Assembly: GCA_050613775.1 (NCBI GenBank)
Contig: JBODTK010000113.1
Span: forward strand, 434,001-498,000
Source of the DNA: Neocallimastix sp. 'constans'
Lineage: Eukaryota
Length of the DNA: 64,000 nucleotides
Direction: 5' to 3'
Both the position numbers and the translations under genes were made by a program. Positions 12,651 through 27,396 of the stretch are shown here, piece by piece (within the stretch, counting starts at the first letter, position 1; every line of letters starts with the position of its first letter). Under the pieces are notes generated by a model, which ran no database searches, was not told where the DNA came from, and saw only the letters and a list, made by a program, of their open reading frames with translations.

Positions 12651-14216
12651 GAAAAAAAGGGAAAAAAAAAAAAAAAAAAAAAGTTAAAAATAATAATGAA
12701 ACATTTTCATTTTCATATGTTAAAATTAATAATTTTAAATAAATAAATAAATAAAAATACAATAAAATATTTAATTATTAAATTTATTTTAAATATAAAC
12801 TAATATATAATTATATAATAATATAAATTTAAAATAAAAAAAAAATTTTTTTTACTTCTTACAAAGATATATTAAATTTAATTAAAAAAAATAATAATAA
12901 ATAATTAAATAATTAAATAATTAAATAAGTGAATAATAAATAATTAAATAAGTGAATAAGTGAATAATAAATAATAAAATAAATAATAAATAATAAATAA
13001 TAAATAATAAATAATAAATAATAAATAATAATAAATAAAAATAAAAAGAAATGAAAAGATTTAAAATTTATAATTAAACCGTTTTTTTTATTTTTTTTAA
13101 AAAAAAAAAAAAAAGAATTTAATATTGAAAGTTTATTATATTTGAAAGCAGGTTCACCAACAGAATTTTTATTAATTTTTTTGATACTAGATTTTTTTTT
13201 TCTATACAATTCTGAAACAATAATTAATATTTATAATAATTAATTATAAATAATTATAATATTAACTATAATCAATAATAATTATTAAGGCATACTTAAT
13301 ATAGTATATTTGTATTTAAGTGTACATAAATATGAATGATATATTAAAATTCATGGATGTATATAGAAAAGTAATAATGAAGAAAAAAAAATTATTGTAA
13401 AATATCATCTTTTTTTATTTACAGGTTCTTTAATTTTTAATCATAATCATTTTTTATTAAAATAAATTAGTTACATATAATCTATATATATATATATTTA
13501 TATATAAAATCATTATTTGTACTATGAGTCTTGAATAAATATTTCAGATATTTGTATTTATACTAACAAAACAAATAAATACATTCTTTAATTATATAAA
13601 TTATATTTAATTATCTATTTCATACATTCATTTATCTATTTACTCATTTTAAACACGTATAGTAATTATTTTATTTATGAACTTTTCTCTATTACGCGCC
13701 CATAAAACTGTATAATTAATTAATTCTTTTGTAAAATTTGTTAGATAGAATGTATCAATAGCATTTAAATAAATGATTAATTTTGCTATTTAATTACTAT
13801 TTAATAAATTTTTAAATTAATAAATATATTCAATATCTATTACTTCAAACAGTAATAAAAAAAATTATATTTATATAATTATATAGTTTTATAGTTATAC
13901 ATAAAATCAATTATAATAAATTAAAAAAGTAAATAATATTTAAATATTTAATATTTAATTATTTAATATTTATTTATTTTATTTTTTTTTTTTTTTTTAA
14001 ACTTTATCCATCACTTTAAACTAATAATTAAATCTTTTATATTAAATCAATCAAAAATTTAAAGAAAATTTTCTATGGAAAAGAAAAAAAAATTTTAAAA
14101 AAAAAAAAAAAGAAAAAAAAACTTAAAGTATTAATAGAATCATATTCAATTTAAAAATGTAGCAATATTATTGGTATTTTTTTATATTAGATATTATTTA
14201 TCTTTATGGTTTAAAT

Positions 14217-14730
<514 letters not shown>

Positions 14731-15363
14731 TGGATACATATCATTTTAATTCATGAATTATTTATTAATTATTATATAATATTATTTAATTATCCCATTT
14801 TATTGATCTTTACTTTATTATTTTATTATTATTATTATTATTATTGTTATTATTATTATTTGTATCATATTTAACTTTTTCATTTTTTTTATTTTTTATC
14901 TTTTTATGATTAATTGATTATCTTTATGAGTATTTTAATTAATTATTAATTTAATAATTTTTTTTATATCTAAAATTTATATATGAATAGATAAACTTTT
15001 TATATTTATTCTACTTTTTTTTTTTTTTTTATTTTTTACTATTTTTTACCATTTTTATATACTCTAAAAGAAATTATAATTAATAATTATTATTCATCAT
15101 ATATTATATTAATAAGTATGAAAAATGTAAACTCTAATAACGATACTAAAGAAATTATATCATAGAATATCTTTATATTAGACTTTTTATTATAAAATAT
15201 AATATATTGATAACATCTATGAATAAGAAAAGATTAATAAATGCTTAGAAATTTTAATTATTATTAAAAGTATACTGTTATTTTACTAATCGATTTTAAT
15301 TAATTATAGAAAACTAAAATCTTTTCATTATAATAATAAATATCATTATAATTGTTGTTATTA

Positions 15364-15550
<187 letters not shown>

Positions 15551-15809
15551 TATTAATTAATTAAAAAAAATTATCAACATGAAAAAAAAATTATTTTGAA
15601 ACCTTCATACAAAGTATATAATTATAAAAAATAATAAAATAGTTAAACAATTTGATATTAATAACAAATAATAAAGGAAATATTTTGTTTTTATTTTTAA
15701 AAATTATAAAATAAAATATTTATTTAATTAAAAAATTTTAAAATATATAGTATATATAATTAAATGTATATATTTATTTAAATATTTAATTAAAATATTT
15801 TATTATAAG

Positions 15810-16150
15810 TGGAAGAAAATATATAAGTATTGAAATAAGTGAAACTAATCGAGGAAAAGAATATATTATTATTGATAAAAAAAATATAATTATAATTTTT
15901 CATTTAAAAAAAAAAAAAAAAAAAAAAAATAAGATAATTCTAAAATTTATAAATGTACTAAATATAAAAACTTTAAATAAATGTAAATCTTTTTCATTAT
16001 TTTAAATGATAAGAAGGAAATTTTAAAGTAAGAAAGTTTACATAACGATTTTGAAAAAGTATTTGATGCATCTATATCAATTGTAAAACATTAAAATTTA
16101 AGATGAAATAAAAAAAAGTCCAATTCTTTTGGGTATAAAACCTAATGCTT
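15810..16150 (+). pseudogene. Degraded N-terminal fragment of a Mutator-like transposase
   Basis: Reads SETNRGKEYIIID...DNSKIYKC...KCKSF..ILNDKKEIL..HN...DASISIVKH with frameshifts. Homologous to the reverse complement of 21150-21410 (shared ATTATTTTAAATGATAAGAA.GAAATTTTAAA). Confidence 0.7.
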
Positions 16151-16563
16151 TTTTTTTTTTTGTTGTTGTTTTTTTTTTTGTTTTTGTTTTTGTTTTACAT
16201 TTTTAAGTATATTTTAAGAATAATTATTTTATATATATATATATTTTTTAAAATAAATATAAAAAGAATAATAAAACTAAAAAATAAACTTTAACCTTGA
16301 TTTGACATTATTTGATAAGAATCTTAATATTTGTTTATTTACAAACTTTATTTATTTGAAACGAAAGTCTTAATCTTTTCAAGAAGAAATAATTTAATAA
16401 TATTTTATATATACAAAATACATTTGATGGATCATCCATATATTAAATACATGTTTAAGAGGCTTATAAAAATATAAAATTTTTTGAAAACTCTATTCAT
16501 GAACTATATAAACTTATATAAACTATATAATACTATAATATATCCTATTTATATATAATAAAC

Positions 16564-16823
16564 GGGAGAGTTGCATTTCCCCAAATTGCATTTCACCAGG
16601 TTGCATTTCGACAAGTGGAGTATTGGTATAAATAAATAAATAAATAAATAAATAAATATTAATTCAAAATAACTTTTTTTTAAAATTGTTTTTATTCGAT
16701 ATTAATAATATTTAATTTTATTTATTGATTTATTTATTTATTTAATAATTTTCAAAATTTGCGAAATGCAACTTGGCGAAATACAACTTGGAGAAATGCT
16801 ATTTGGCGAAATGCATCACAGCC
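16564..16823. mobile_element. 260-bp MITE-like non-autonomous Mutator-family element
   Basis: The left end has 3 tandem TTGCATTTC.(C/A)CA motifs starting GGGAGAGTTGCATTTC. The right end has 4 inverted TTG(G)CGAAATGCAA-like motifs ending GAAATGCATCACAGCC. The termini resemble the TIRs of the 19959-23021 element. No TSD is recognisable. Confidence 0.7.
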
Positions 16824-17106
16824 TTTTAATATATATATATATAAATGACCATTTTATATGATACAGTTGTACATTTATATATTTCAATGTAATGTATTAG
16901 ATTATAAAAATAATATTAATATCATCATCATCATGTATAAATATATCATAAACAATGATAATAAATATATAATATAATCAATGGATAGTAAATAATTTTT
17001 AAAAAAAAAAAAAAAGATAATAAAAATTATTATAAATAAAAAAATGATAATAAAAAATATTATAAATAAACTTTTTAAAATAAAAAATATGAAAAGATTA
17101 ACATTA

Positions 17107-17140
<34 letters not shown>

Positions 17141-17817
17141 AATTTATTATTGTTACTTTTAATTATATATATATATAAATTAATAAAAATAACAAAAAAG
17201 TAAGAATATATATTTTTGAATTTATAATAAGAGAGTATTAAAATATATAAAAAAAGCGAAATATAAAAATTTTTTTTTTAATTTTTTTTTTGTTATTTCA
17301 TCTGTTTTTTATTATATTTTTTATATTTACATATTATAATTTTTTTTTTTTTTTTACATAATTTTGTATAGTTAATGATGATAAAAGATAAATAATTATC
17401 TATTATATAAATATATATAAAATTATCATATTTTATATAATAGAATTTAAAATAGTAATGTAATGTAATTTTTTTTTTTTTTTTTTTATTTCCATTATTA
17501 TAAAAGATAATAATTTGAAATGTTTCATTATTCTTATAATTTATAATTTTAATTTAAAAAAGAAAAAATATATAGAAAAAAAAAGATAATTATAATTATA
17601 GCCTTAATAGTATATGAAAATTATTGATATTTGATTAATATAATTATATATAATTAAATGAGTTATTATTTTTTTTTAATACATTAGAATATATTATTAA
17701 TTTGTATCAAAAAAATAGATAAGAAAATAAAATAATTATAATTTAATTAAAATAAAAAAAAAAAAAGTTATAATTTTATTATTATTCTTTTTTTTAATCT
17801 GTATTATATACAAAAGA

Positions 17818-18270
17818 TTAAGCCTTATAAGTTCTCTTCATAAGTTTTTTATCCTTCTTCATTTTTTGTTCCTTATCTCTCATAGCAAGTAATATATCAT
17901 TAGTATTATTGTTAGTGGATTCCTTTAACTTTTCATTTAATTGAATATTGGAAAATCCTGTTAGATTGATTCCAGCCATACCAACTTTATCCTTTAAAAG
18001 AGATAAATCATTGTCAGCGACAGAGCTCTTTTTCTTTTGACCAAGTCCAATAGCTGCCATCGTAGTTGCTGTCTTATTGTTCTTTGAATTTAAGGTGTAA
18101 AGTGTGGTTTTATTGTTAGCTTCGGCTAATTTGGCTTTATCATGTTCAGCTTCTGAGATAGACTTTAAATTGGTGTCTACTAACATCCAGTCTTCATCTT
18201 GTGGAACATTTTTATTTAATTTAGTAGAAGATTTTCTTCTATTGAAGATAGAATCAATCCAGGCTAACAT
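17818..18270 (-). CDS. Hypothetical 150-aa protein with an acidic W-x-x-V (LIR/AIM-like) motif and a basic C-terminus
   Basis: Single-exon ORF, GC well above the flanks, ATG preceded by a poly-A run as in other genes here. Motif QDEDWMLVD. Confidence 0.7.
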   Translation of the reverse strand: MLAWIDSIFNRRKSSTKLNKNVPQDEDWMLVDTNLKSISEAEHDKAKLAEANNKTTLYTLNSKNNKTATTMAAIGLGQKKKSSVADNDLSLLKDKVGMAGINLTGFSNIQLNEKLKESTNNNTNDILLAMRDKEQKMKKDKKLMKRTYKA

Positions 18271-20329
18271 TTTTTTTTGCTTATTTTCTCTTTTCTTTTA
18301 ATATTTTACTGAATAAATATTTATCTTTCTTTTAATGATTACGGAAATTTAGGCTGTAGTTGATAAAATTTATATGTTTAATATGAACAATATTAAAAAT
18401 TATTTTTTTATATACTTTTTTTTTTTTTTTTTTTTTTTTACACTTTTAATATATTCAAATATACATATATTATTAAATTTATCTTATTTTTCTTTTGATT
18501 ATAATTATCAATTAAAAATATATTCTTATGTATTATATTTTCTTTTTTCTATTTTTATATTAGGCTTAATTTCTAAGTTATTGTCATATTATTTCAATTA
18601 TTTTTTATATAAATAAATTTAATGACGATAGTTAATAATTAAAGAAGAAAACGATATATATTGTTATTAAAATTTGTTATTTCTAAATATCAATAGATTA
18701 TTATTATTATTATTGCTATTATTTTTTTTTTTAATAAGAAATTTTTATTAATATTCTAAATAAATTTGTAGTAATTTTAAGATATGATAATTGACTTTTT
18801 ATTATTGATAATAATTATTTGCTTTATATATAACGCTTTTAAAAAAATTTTTTTATCTTTGTGAAGTTTAGAAATATTTACTTTCTCTATATATATAATA
18901 CAATGAAAATAAAATAAAATAATAAGGAAAAACAAACAAAAAAAAAATAAAAAAAAGAACGGAAATGAAAAATCTTTTTATACTTGTAATTTTTTTTTTA
19001 CATCAAGTGATTGTCAAATTTTAATTTATTTTAAAAAATGACAAATAAAGAAAATTTAAAAATTATATTTAATAAACTAAAAAAAAATAAAAAATAAAAT
19101 AAAATAAAACAAAAAAAAAATCATTAATTCAATATTTATTATTATTACTATTGTAATATATTGTCATAATATATTAATTTATTTAATTTAATTTAATAAA
19201 ATAAAAATTATCAAAAAAAAAATTATCAGATTACTTAATTGAAAAAAATTAAAGTTTAATTATTAATTTGATATTTCCAAAACTTTAATTATTAAGATTT
19301 TTGAATTTTCTCTTAACTTTTAAAAAATTATGTTTTATCATTCAAAATATTTAATAATTAATTAATTAATTAATTATAATCAATAATAAATAATAATAAT
19401 AACAAATAAATAATAACAGTTAATAATATTACTAAGAATAATAGTAATAATAATAATAATAATAATTAATAATTAATAATTATAATAATTAATAATAATT
19501 ATAATAAATAATAAAATAATAAATAATGATAATGAATAATAATAATAATTTATCTTATCAATTAAAGTTTTTTTTTTATTTTATATTAATATTTTATTTA
19601 TTTCAACATTTTTTTTAATTAATGATAAATAAAAATTTTAAATTAGAAAAAGATAAACAAAAATTTTTTAATTCTATTTTTCTTAAAACTAAATTATTCA
19701 TAAGACTTATTTATTAATAAATTTTTAATAATAACTTATATTACTGTTAATTAATAGAAGGGACGAAAAGTGATTGATTAATAATACCACTAATCATGAT
19801 TAAAATAATATGTAAATGACATCCATCATACTGATTAAAATCTGAATAGTTTCTGGTCATTTAAATGATTTTATCAAATAAATAGGAACATAAGAAATAT
19901 GTGGATAAGTGTTTAAATATTAAAAGAAATGGCTAAAGATTAACAAATGATAAATATAGGGGAGGTTGCATTACGCCAATTTTTCACGTGATATATATAA
20001 ATTTGTGGCTATAGCTATATTATGCTACATAATATTATTTTATTGTATTATTTTGTTATTTCAATTTTTAAATTAATTATTAAGTGAATAATTAAATAAA
20101 TCATATAATGGTTAGATTTTATGATTTTAATTCTTTTATTTAAATACTATTAATAAAAAAATTATATAAAAATATAAATGATATTAAAAATATAAATATT
20201 ATTAATAATAATTCTTTTATTTAAATGTTATTAAAAAAAATAATAATTATAATGATAAAATTATTAATTATAGAGACATATTTGAAAATTTATTTAAACT
20301 GTATAAATTTAATAAGCTTTATAAATTAA

Positions 20330-21430
20330 ATTTTTGAATGACAGAATTCTAATTATTTCGTTTGGTTATTCCTCATTTTTTAATCATTTATTATAAAATA
20401 ATATTTATATTATATTATTTAAATCAGTTAAACAATCAAACCACAAATTAATAGTATTATTTTTATCACATTTAGTATCAATTAACTTGGTTTCAATATT
20501 TTTGTAGCGTTCAATTAAGACACTGATTTCATTAGCTTTATTTATTGTTCTTTTTTTTTATTTTCCAAATTCCTCTTATTTTTCTTTGATAATCATAATA
20601 TGGTAAATGTTCAAGTTCATTTAATTTATCTATTAATTCATAATAATGGTATTGCTGGAAATAAATTATTTAAATAACAATTGATTCTGCAATTATAATA
20701 TTATTGTTACATGTATTAGCATTTTTTTTTTTTAATTTTTTAAATATTTTATATGTTTCTTGTTCTTTATTTTGTAATATTGCAAAAGAAGTAGTGTAAA
20801 AACTATCTAATTCTTTAGCGTAAGTTCTTGTAATAAATATTTGATAACTAAATTTAGGGGCAATAAAAAATGTACCATCAACAAATATATCATCATTATA
20901 TTCCCTAAATAATTTTACTTGAAAAGGAGATTGAAAAATTATTAAATTAATATTTTTTGAATATCATAAAATTTTCACCTCACTTTGTTTTATAATATTT
21001 AGATTCATTAGGAATTTCAGTAAATGTTGTTACATTGGATGGTAGTTTTTATTTAAATTTCTTGATATTTGGGATTTAATTGAATTATATTCTGGACATA
21101 TAAATCACATTTCTTTAGAAATTTTATTATATAGGGGTTTTATTTTTATACCATAAGGAATTGAACTTTTTCAATTCCATCTTTAATTTTATGTTTCATT
21201 ATAGATAGAGATACATCGTATTCTTTTTCAGGATGATTATGTGAACTATCATATTTTAAAATTTCTTTCTTATCATTTAAAATAATAAAAGATTTATATT
21301 TATTTCTGTACATAAACTTTTGAATTATCTTTTCTTATATATGAAAAATTAAATATATATTTTTTATTAATAATAATTTATTTTTTTCCTTTGTTAGACT
21401 CACTTATATCAATAATAAGATTTTTTCCAT
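20330..21430 (-). pseudogene. MULE DDE transposase pseudogene, frameshifted and internally deleted
   Basis: Minus-strand segment ~20940-20745 reads IFQSPFQVKLFREYNDDIFVDGTFFIAPKFSYQIFITRTYAKELDSFYTTSFAILQNKEQETY (MULE DGTF motif). An AES..NNLFP remnant of the catalytic-E region follows. The intervening DFE/CxFH block is not seen. Boundaries approximate. Confidence 0.8.
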
Positions 21431-21591
21431 TTCTATATTTTTATAAATTTTTTTTAATTATATAATTAAAATTATTATATTAATTATCCAATATTATTCT
21501 AAATACTAATTTTGAAAAATTAGTTTTTCAATTATTTGTAAAAAAAAAATAAATAAATAAATAAAGAATGCAATAGTAAGTACAAGTATAC

Positions 21592-22260
21592 AAAATAAAA
21601 TAAAATAAAATAAAATAAAATAAAATAAAATAAAATAAAATAAAATAAAATAAAATAAAATAAAATAAAATAAAATAAAATAAAATAAAATAAAATAAAA
21701 TAAAATAAAATAAAATAAAATAAAATAAAATAAAATAAAATAAAATAAAATAAAATAAAATAAAATAAAATAAAATAAAATAAAATAAAATAAAATAAAA
21801 TAAAATAAAATAAAATAAAATAAAATAAAATAAAAAGTAGAATATTAAATAAGAAAGTACAGATTGAATAAAATAAAATAAAATAAAATAAATAGTTGGA
21901 ATATAAATATAAAGTACAGATTAAATAAAATAAAATAAAATAAATAGTTGAAATATAAATATAAAGTACAGATTAAATAAAATAAAATAAAATAAATAGT
22001 TGAAATATAAATATAAAGTACAGATTAAATAAAATAAAATAAAATAAATAGTTGAAATATAAATATAAAGTACAGATTAAATAAAATAAAAAAAAATAAA
22101 TAGTTGAAATATAAATATAAAGTACAGATTAAATAAAATAAAATAAAATAAATAGTTGAAATATAAATATAAAGTACAGATTAAATAAAATAAAATAAAA
22201 TAAAATAAAATAAAATAAAATAAAATAAAATAAAATAAAATAAAATAAAATAAAATAAAA
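21592..22260 (+). repeat. (AAAAT)n microsatellite flanking ~7 copies of a ~52-bp minisatellite
   Basis: Unit AAATAAATAGTTGAAATATAAATATAAAGTACAGATTAAATAAAATAAAAT; AAGTACAG recurs at 21912, 21964 and onward. Confidence 0.9.
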
Positions 22261-22564
22261 TTAAATAAATATTGAATGTAATAATATAAAAGTACAAGTA
22301 TAAAAATAAAATAAAGTAAATATTTATCATTATTTTTTATTAAAGAATATTAAAGACAATTTATTTTTAAAAATAAAATGTTTTATTTAATTATATATGT
22401 TAGAAAGCAAAAAAATCATTTATATTTAATGAGATTATTAACGATCAATAATATTGTTTTATATATTAAATTACATCATCAATTAAATACAATAAAAATG
22501 TAAAAAATTTTCATTTCTAAAATATTGATCTGTAAAATTCTTTAATAAAAAAAAATATTAGATA

Positions 22565-22830
22565 TTTATTTTATTTTATTTTATTCAATCTGTACTTATA
22601 TTTATATTCTACTATTTATTTTATTTTATTTTATTTTATTCAATCTGTACTTTATATTTATATTCTACTATTTATTTTATTTTATTTTATTCAATCTGTA
22701 CTTATATTTATATTCTACTATTTATTTTATTTTATTTTATTCAATCTGTACTTTATATTTATATTCTACTATTTATTTTATTTTATTTTATTTTATTCAA
22801 TCTGTACTTTATATTCATATTTACTATTAA
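22565..22830 (-). repeat. ~5 copies of the same ~52-bp minisatellite in inverted orientation
   Basis: Repeats of TTTATTCAATCTGTACTT(T)ATATTTATATTCTACTATTTATTTT, approximately the reverse complement of the 21840-22185 unit. Confidence 0.9.
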
Positions 22831-23775
22831 TTTTTATTTTATATACTTATATACATTCTTAATTTATTTATTTATTTGTTTATTTATTTATACATTTATT
22901 TTTTTTACATATAATTTTATTAAAATTTTTTATGGCGTTAACAAAAAATTTTACAAGCCATTAAAAGTAAATGGCGTATTGAAAATTTGTATTATAAAAA
23001 TTGGCGAAATGAACCACATTCAAAAATATATATGGAGTAATAATATTATCTATATTGTTATCTAATAAGAAACAAAAATTTTAATAATAATTAAAAAAAA
23101 AGGTTAAGAAAAGTAAACAAATAATTATGATAATATGATAATAATATATAAAAATAAAAAAAAAGGTTTATTAAATATGACAATTTTATTTGTGATGTAC
23201 TATTATTATTATTAATTATTATTATAACTTATTATAATAACTTTTTATTAATACTTTTTTTTATTAATTATTTATTATTAATTTTATTTATTAATTTTTT
23301 AAGTCGTACCTATTTTTAAATTTAAATTTTAATTTTAATTTTAATTTTATTTTAAATTTTTTTTTTTTTTACTTAAAAGAATTAAATAGATTAAGTCAAC
23401 TAATTTAACGTATTCTCTTATTCATATATTTCAGATATAAATTATTTCTGTATTTTGATTATTTATAGATCAATTCATATTATGATTTCTTTTATTTTTT
23501 CTTATTTTTATTTTTATTTTTCTTTAAGTTTCTTACATTATAGATAATAAATATTCTTTACTATTTATTATTATTATTGTATAAGCCTTTTTTCTAATGT
23601 TAACTTTATTAATTACCCCAAAAATATTTTTTATATTCTTTTTTTAATAATTAATTTTGAAAATTTAAAGGTACTTAAATGATAGTAATATTAGTAATAC
23701 TTTAGTAATAATTAATAATATAAAGTATAAAAATAATAAAAATAACAAATATTAATATATTATAAATTTTATTAT

Positions 23776-23814
<39 letters not shown>

Positions 23815-24166
23815 TTATTTTTATTATTTTTATACTTTATATTATTAATTATTACTAAAGTATTTATATCTATTACAAATATATAAAATAGAAAAAAAAA
23901 AAAAAAATAATAATAAAATAAATATATAAAATAAATAATAATAAATAATAATAATAATAATTATATGAAGGACATATGAATTTTTTAATAAATAAAGTTT
24001 ATTGTCACTATTTATTAAAATATTTATTTTTTTTTTTTTTTATCAATCTAAAAAAAAAAAACGCCATGTCACATTCTTATTTAAAAAAATTTTTTTTATT
24101 GTTACTTTAATTATTATTATATTTATTTTAAATATTTTTAAAAATTATTTTTATATTATATTTTTC

Positions 24167-24199
<33 letters not shown>

Positions 24200-24372
24200 T
24201 TATTATTACTTATTATTATTATTATTATTATTATTTTCTTTTATTATTAATTTTTACTTTATTTTTAATAATTTTTATTATTCTTAAAATGATGATATTT
24301 CAAATAAAATTTTTTATTTTATATAAAAAGGTTTAAAATTATAAAATTAAAAAAACAAAACAAACAAACAAA

Positions 24373-24405
<33 letters not shown>

Positions 24406-25150
24406 ATTGAAATAAATAAATAATATTAATAGCTATTACACTTTATTATTTTAAAATATTAAATAGAATTTGGCTAATAAAACAACTAAAATATTATAAT
24501 TTCATTTTTTTTTTCTTATTTTATGATAATTTATATAATATATTTTTAATAATGATTTTTTTTTTTGTTTCTATTTATTTAAATGTAGTTTATAATTAGC
24601 CTTTTTTTTTTTTTTATTTTTATTTTTATTTTTCATTGTTTTTTTTTTTTTTTTATTTTTTTTTTTTAAATTTATTTTTTATTTTCATATTACAAATTGC
24701 AATTAATAATTCCGATATATATTAAAAATATTAAGTTATTATTACTTTTTTTTATATAATAATGTTTTCAATTTTATTATTATTTTTCTGTGTCCTTTCT
24801 TTAGTATTTCTTTTTATTATGAATATTTAAAGGGGATTTGTTAATGATTTTATTAATATATGAAAGATTTAAGATAATATCTACAAATTACAGATGATTA
24901 CATTATTTACTATTAATGGTTTAAGAAAAATGTTAATTATGAATTAATTATAATAAAAATAAAAGCAATATTCCATTTATTCATTTAATTTTTTAAAAAT
25001 AATATATATATATATATTTTTATTAGAAAAGCATCTAATTAAAAGACTTTTATTAATAATTAGATTTATTATAATTAATTAATAAAAATAATAATAAATA
25101 ATAGTAAAAATATTTAATAAAAATAAAAATAATAATAATTTATATTCTTA

Positions 25151-25206
<56 letters not shown>

Positions 25207-26326
25207 TTCTAATTAAATATTTACAAATTTTTTGTCATATGAGGATAAATATGATTTAAATAGGATTAATAAAAATTATTTAATTTGAAAATTTTAATAC
25301 ACAAAATAGTGTATTTTATTAATTTTATTAACTTTGTTGTGAAAATTTATATATAATTTATCTATTATTGCTACTAAAAATTTTTTATTTCTTAGATAAA
25401 TATAATATTAAATAAAGGAAAATAAATAATTAAAAAGTTAAATAAATAAAGAAAAAAAAAATATATATATATATAAGCTTTTTTTTCATTTTTTAAAATT
25501 TTGATTTAAAATTAGTAAATTGGTAATTTAAAGTTTGTAGTGGCTTGATATATCATATGATTATTAAATATAATATTTCAAAACCAATGCTTTTTTTTTT
25601 TAAATCATCCTGCCCTCATTTTTAATCTTTCATAACCAATATATCATTGATTTTATCATTTTCAAAAAAATTATTTATGATTAATTTATAAATTTATTAA
25701 GTGGGTGGCTTGAAATATTCACATGAAAATAATTATATTTTAATATATAATATATTAATAATGTAATTAAAAATTATTAAATGATAATTATTAACATTTC
25801 AATACATTTAATAAATTTCTTTACGTTGTTTGTTTATACTACAAAGAATAATTATAATTTTGGATTCAATAATAATAATAATGAACTTTTTTTTATTGTA
25901 TTTTTATTTATTAAAAAAAAAAAAAAAAAAATTTCTTTTAGTTTAATTAGTTATTTTTCTTTTTTCTTTCTTTTTTTTTTTCTTTTTTTTTTATATATTG
26001 TTATAAAACGTAAATGAAATCATATTTTATCAATGAATATAATTTTTTATATATTAAAGAAAAAAAAAAAAAAATTAAATAATTGAATGAAATAATAATT
26101 AATATATTAAAAAAAAAAAAAAATTAAATAAATAATTGAATGAAATAATAATAAATTTATGTAAATTTATTATACATTATTATATGGATACAAAATATGA
26201 TAATTTTTTTATTCATTTTCTTTCAACGAGATTATGAATATATACGTTTTTTAAGTATTTCTTGATGGATCCTTTTTATTGAACTTTTTTTTTTTCTTTT
26301 CTTTTCATTTCTTAATCTTTGAGAAG

Positions 26327-26359
<33 letters not shown>

Positions 26360-27206
26360 TATTTGGTAATAATTCATTATTAAATTATTATGAAATTAAA
26401 AAAAAAAAAAAAAAAAAAAAAAGAAAGTAAAAAAGAATTTTATTTAAATTTAGAATAGCTAGTTTTAAAGTATTTTTGACATATTTATTAGTGATTTTTT
26501 ATTTCTTTTTATCTTGGCCATTTTTTTTTTTTAGAAAAAAAAAGTTATTTCCTGTTTAAATACCCTTTTCTTTTTTTTTTTTTTTTTAAAAAAAAAAATT
26601 AATAATTTCAAAACCATAAATTTAAGAACTTAAATTAATAGAAATTAATTTAATATTTCAAATCGTTAAAATATTTTTTTGTTTGATATTCATTATTAAG
26701 TGTTTTTACCATTTTCATTATTTTCATAATAAATATTGTTTTATCGTCAAATTCCTTAATGGTATTTTTCTTCCTTATTCCGAATATTTTTCATTTTTTC
26801 CATTTATCTTATCATCTTCACTTTATTTTCTATTTCATTATATTGATACCTAATATTTAGGGGATAATCTTTTATTGAACATTTTCATTTGTCTTTTAGC
26901 CTATTTTGCTACAGCTATTTTACTTATCTACTATTATATCACAGTCTACTAAAAGTCCTACACCAAACTTGTATATTATTGACTATTAATTATTATTATT
27001 ACAAATTAGATAATTACTTAATTATTAATATTGCAAGTATTGTACTTTTAATATTTATTGTAATTGTACGTTAGAAACATTATTAAATATTATAATTGAT
27101 ATCATAATTTATATATTAGAATTATTATTAATAAAAAATTAAATAAATTGGCAGCAATAGAATTCTATTATATTTTTGGATTATGAAAGCTCAATAGGAC
27201 AATGTC

Positions 27207-27250
<44 letters not shown>

Positions 27251-27349
27251 GTTATTATTATAATTGTTATTCACATATGTAGAAACCTGATTATCATTAA
27301 AAAAAATAATAATAAAAATAGTATATAATTATAATAAGATACAATTATA

Positions 27350-27396
<47 letters not shown>

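Larger units (their letters stand above)
19959..23021 (-). mobile_element. Decayed Mutator-like (MULE) DNA transposon, ~3.06 kb
   Basis: Left TIR GGGGAGGTTGCATTACGCCAATTTTT; right TIR (reverse complement) GAATGTGGTTCATTTCGCCAATTTTT. Flanks ATAAATATA (19950-19958) and AAAAATATA (23022-23030) form a 9-bp TSD with 1 mismatch. Contains a transposase remnant. Confidence 0.8.

Noticed and set aside
21840..22830. CRISPR-like array
   Set aside because: Units are contiguous tandem repeats without unique spacers, in a eukaryotic context with no cas genes. The same applies to the 42-bp repeat at 48445.
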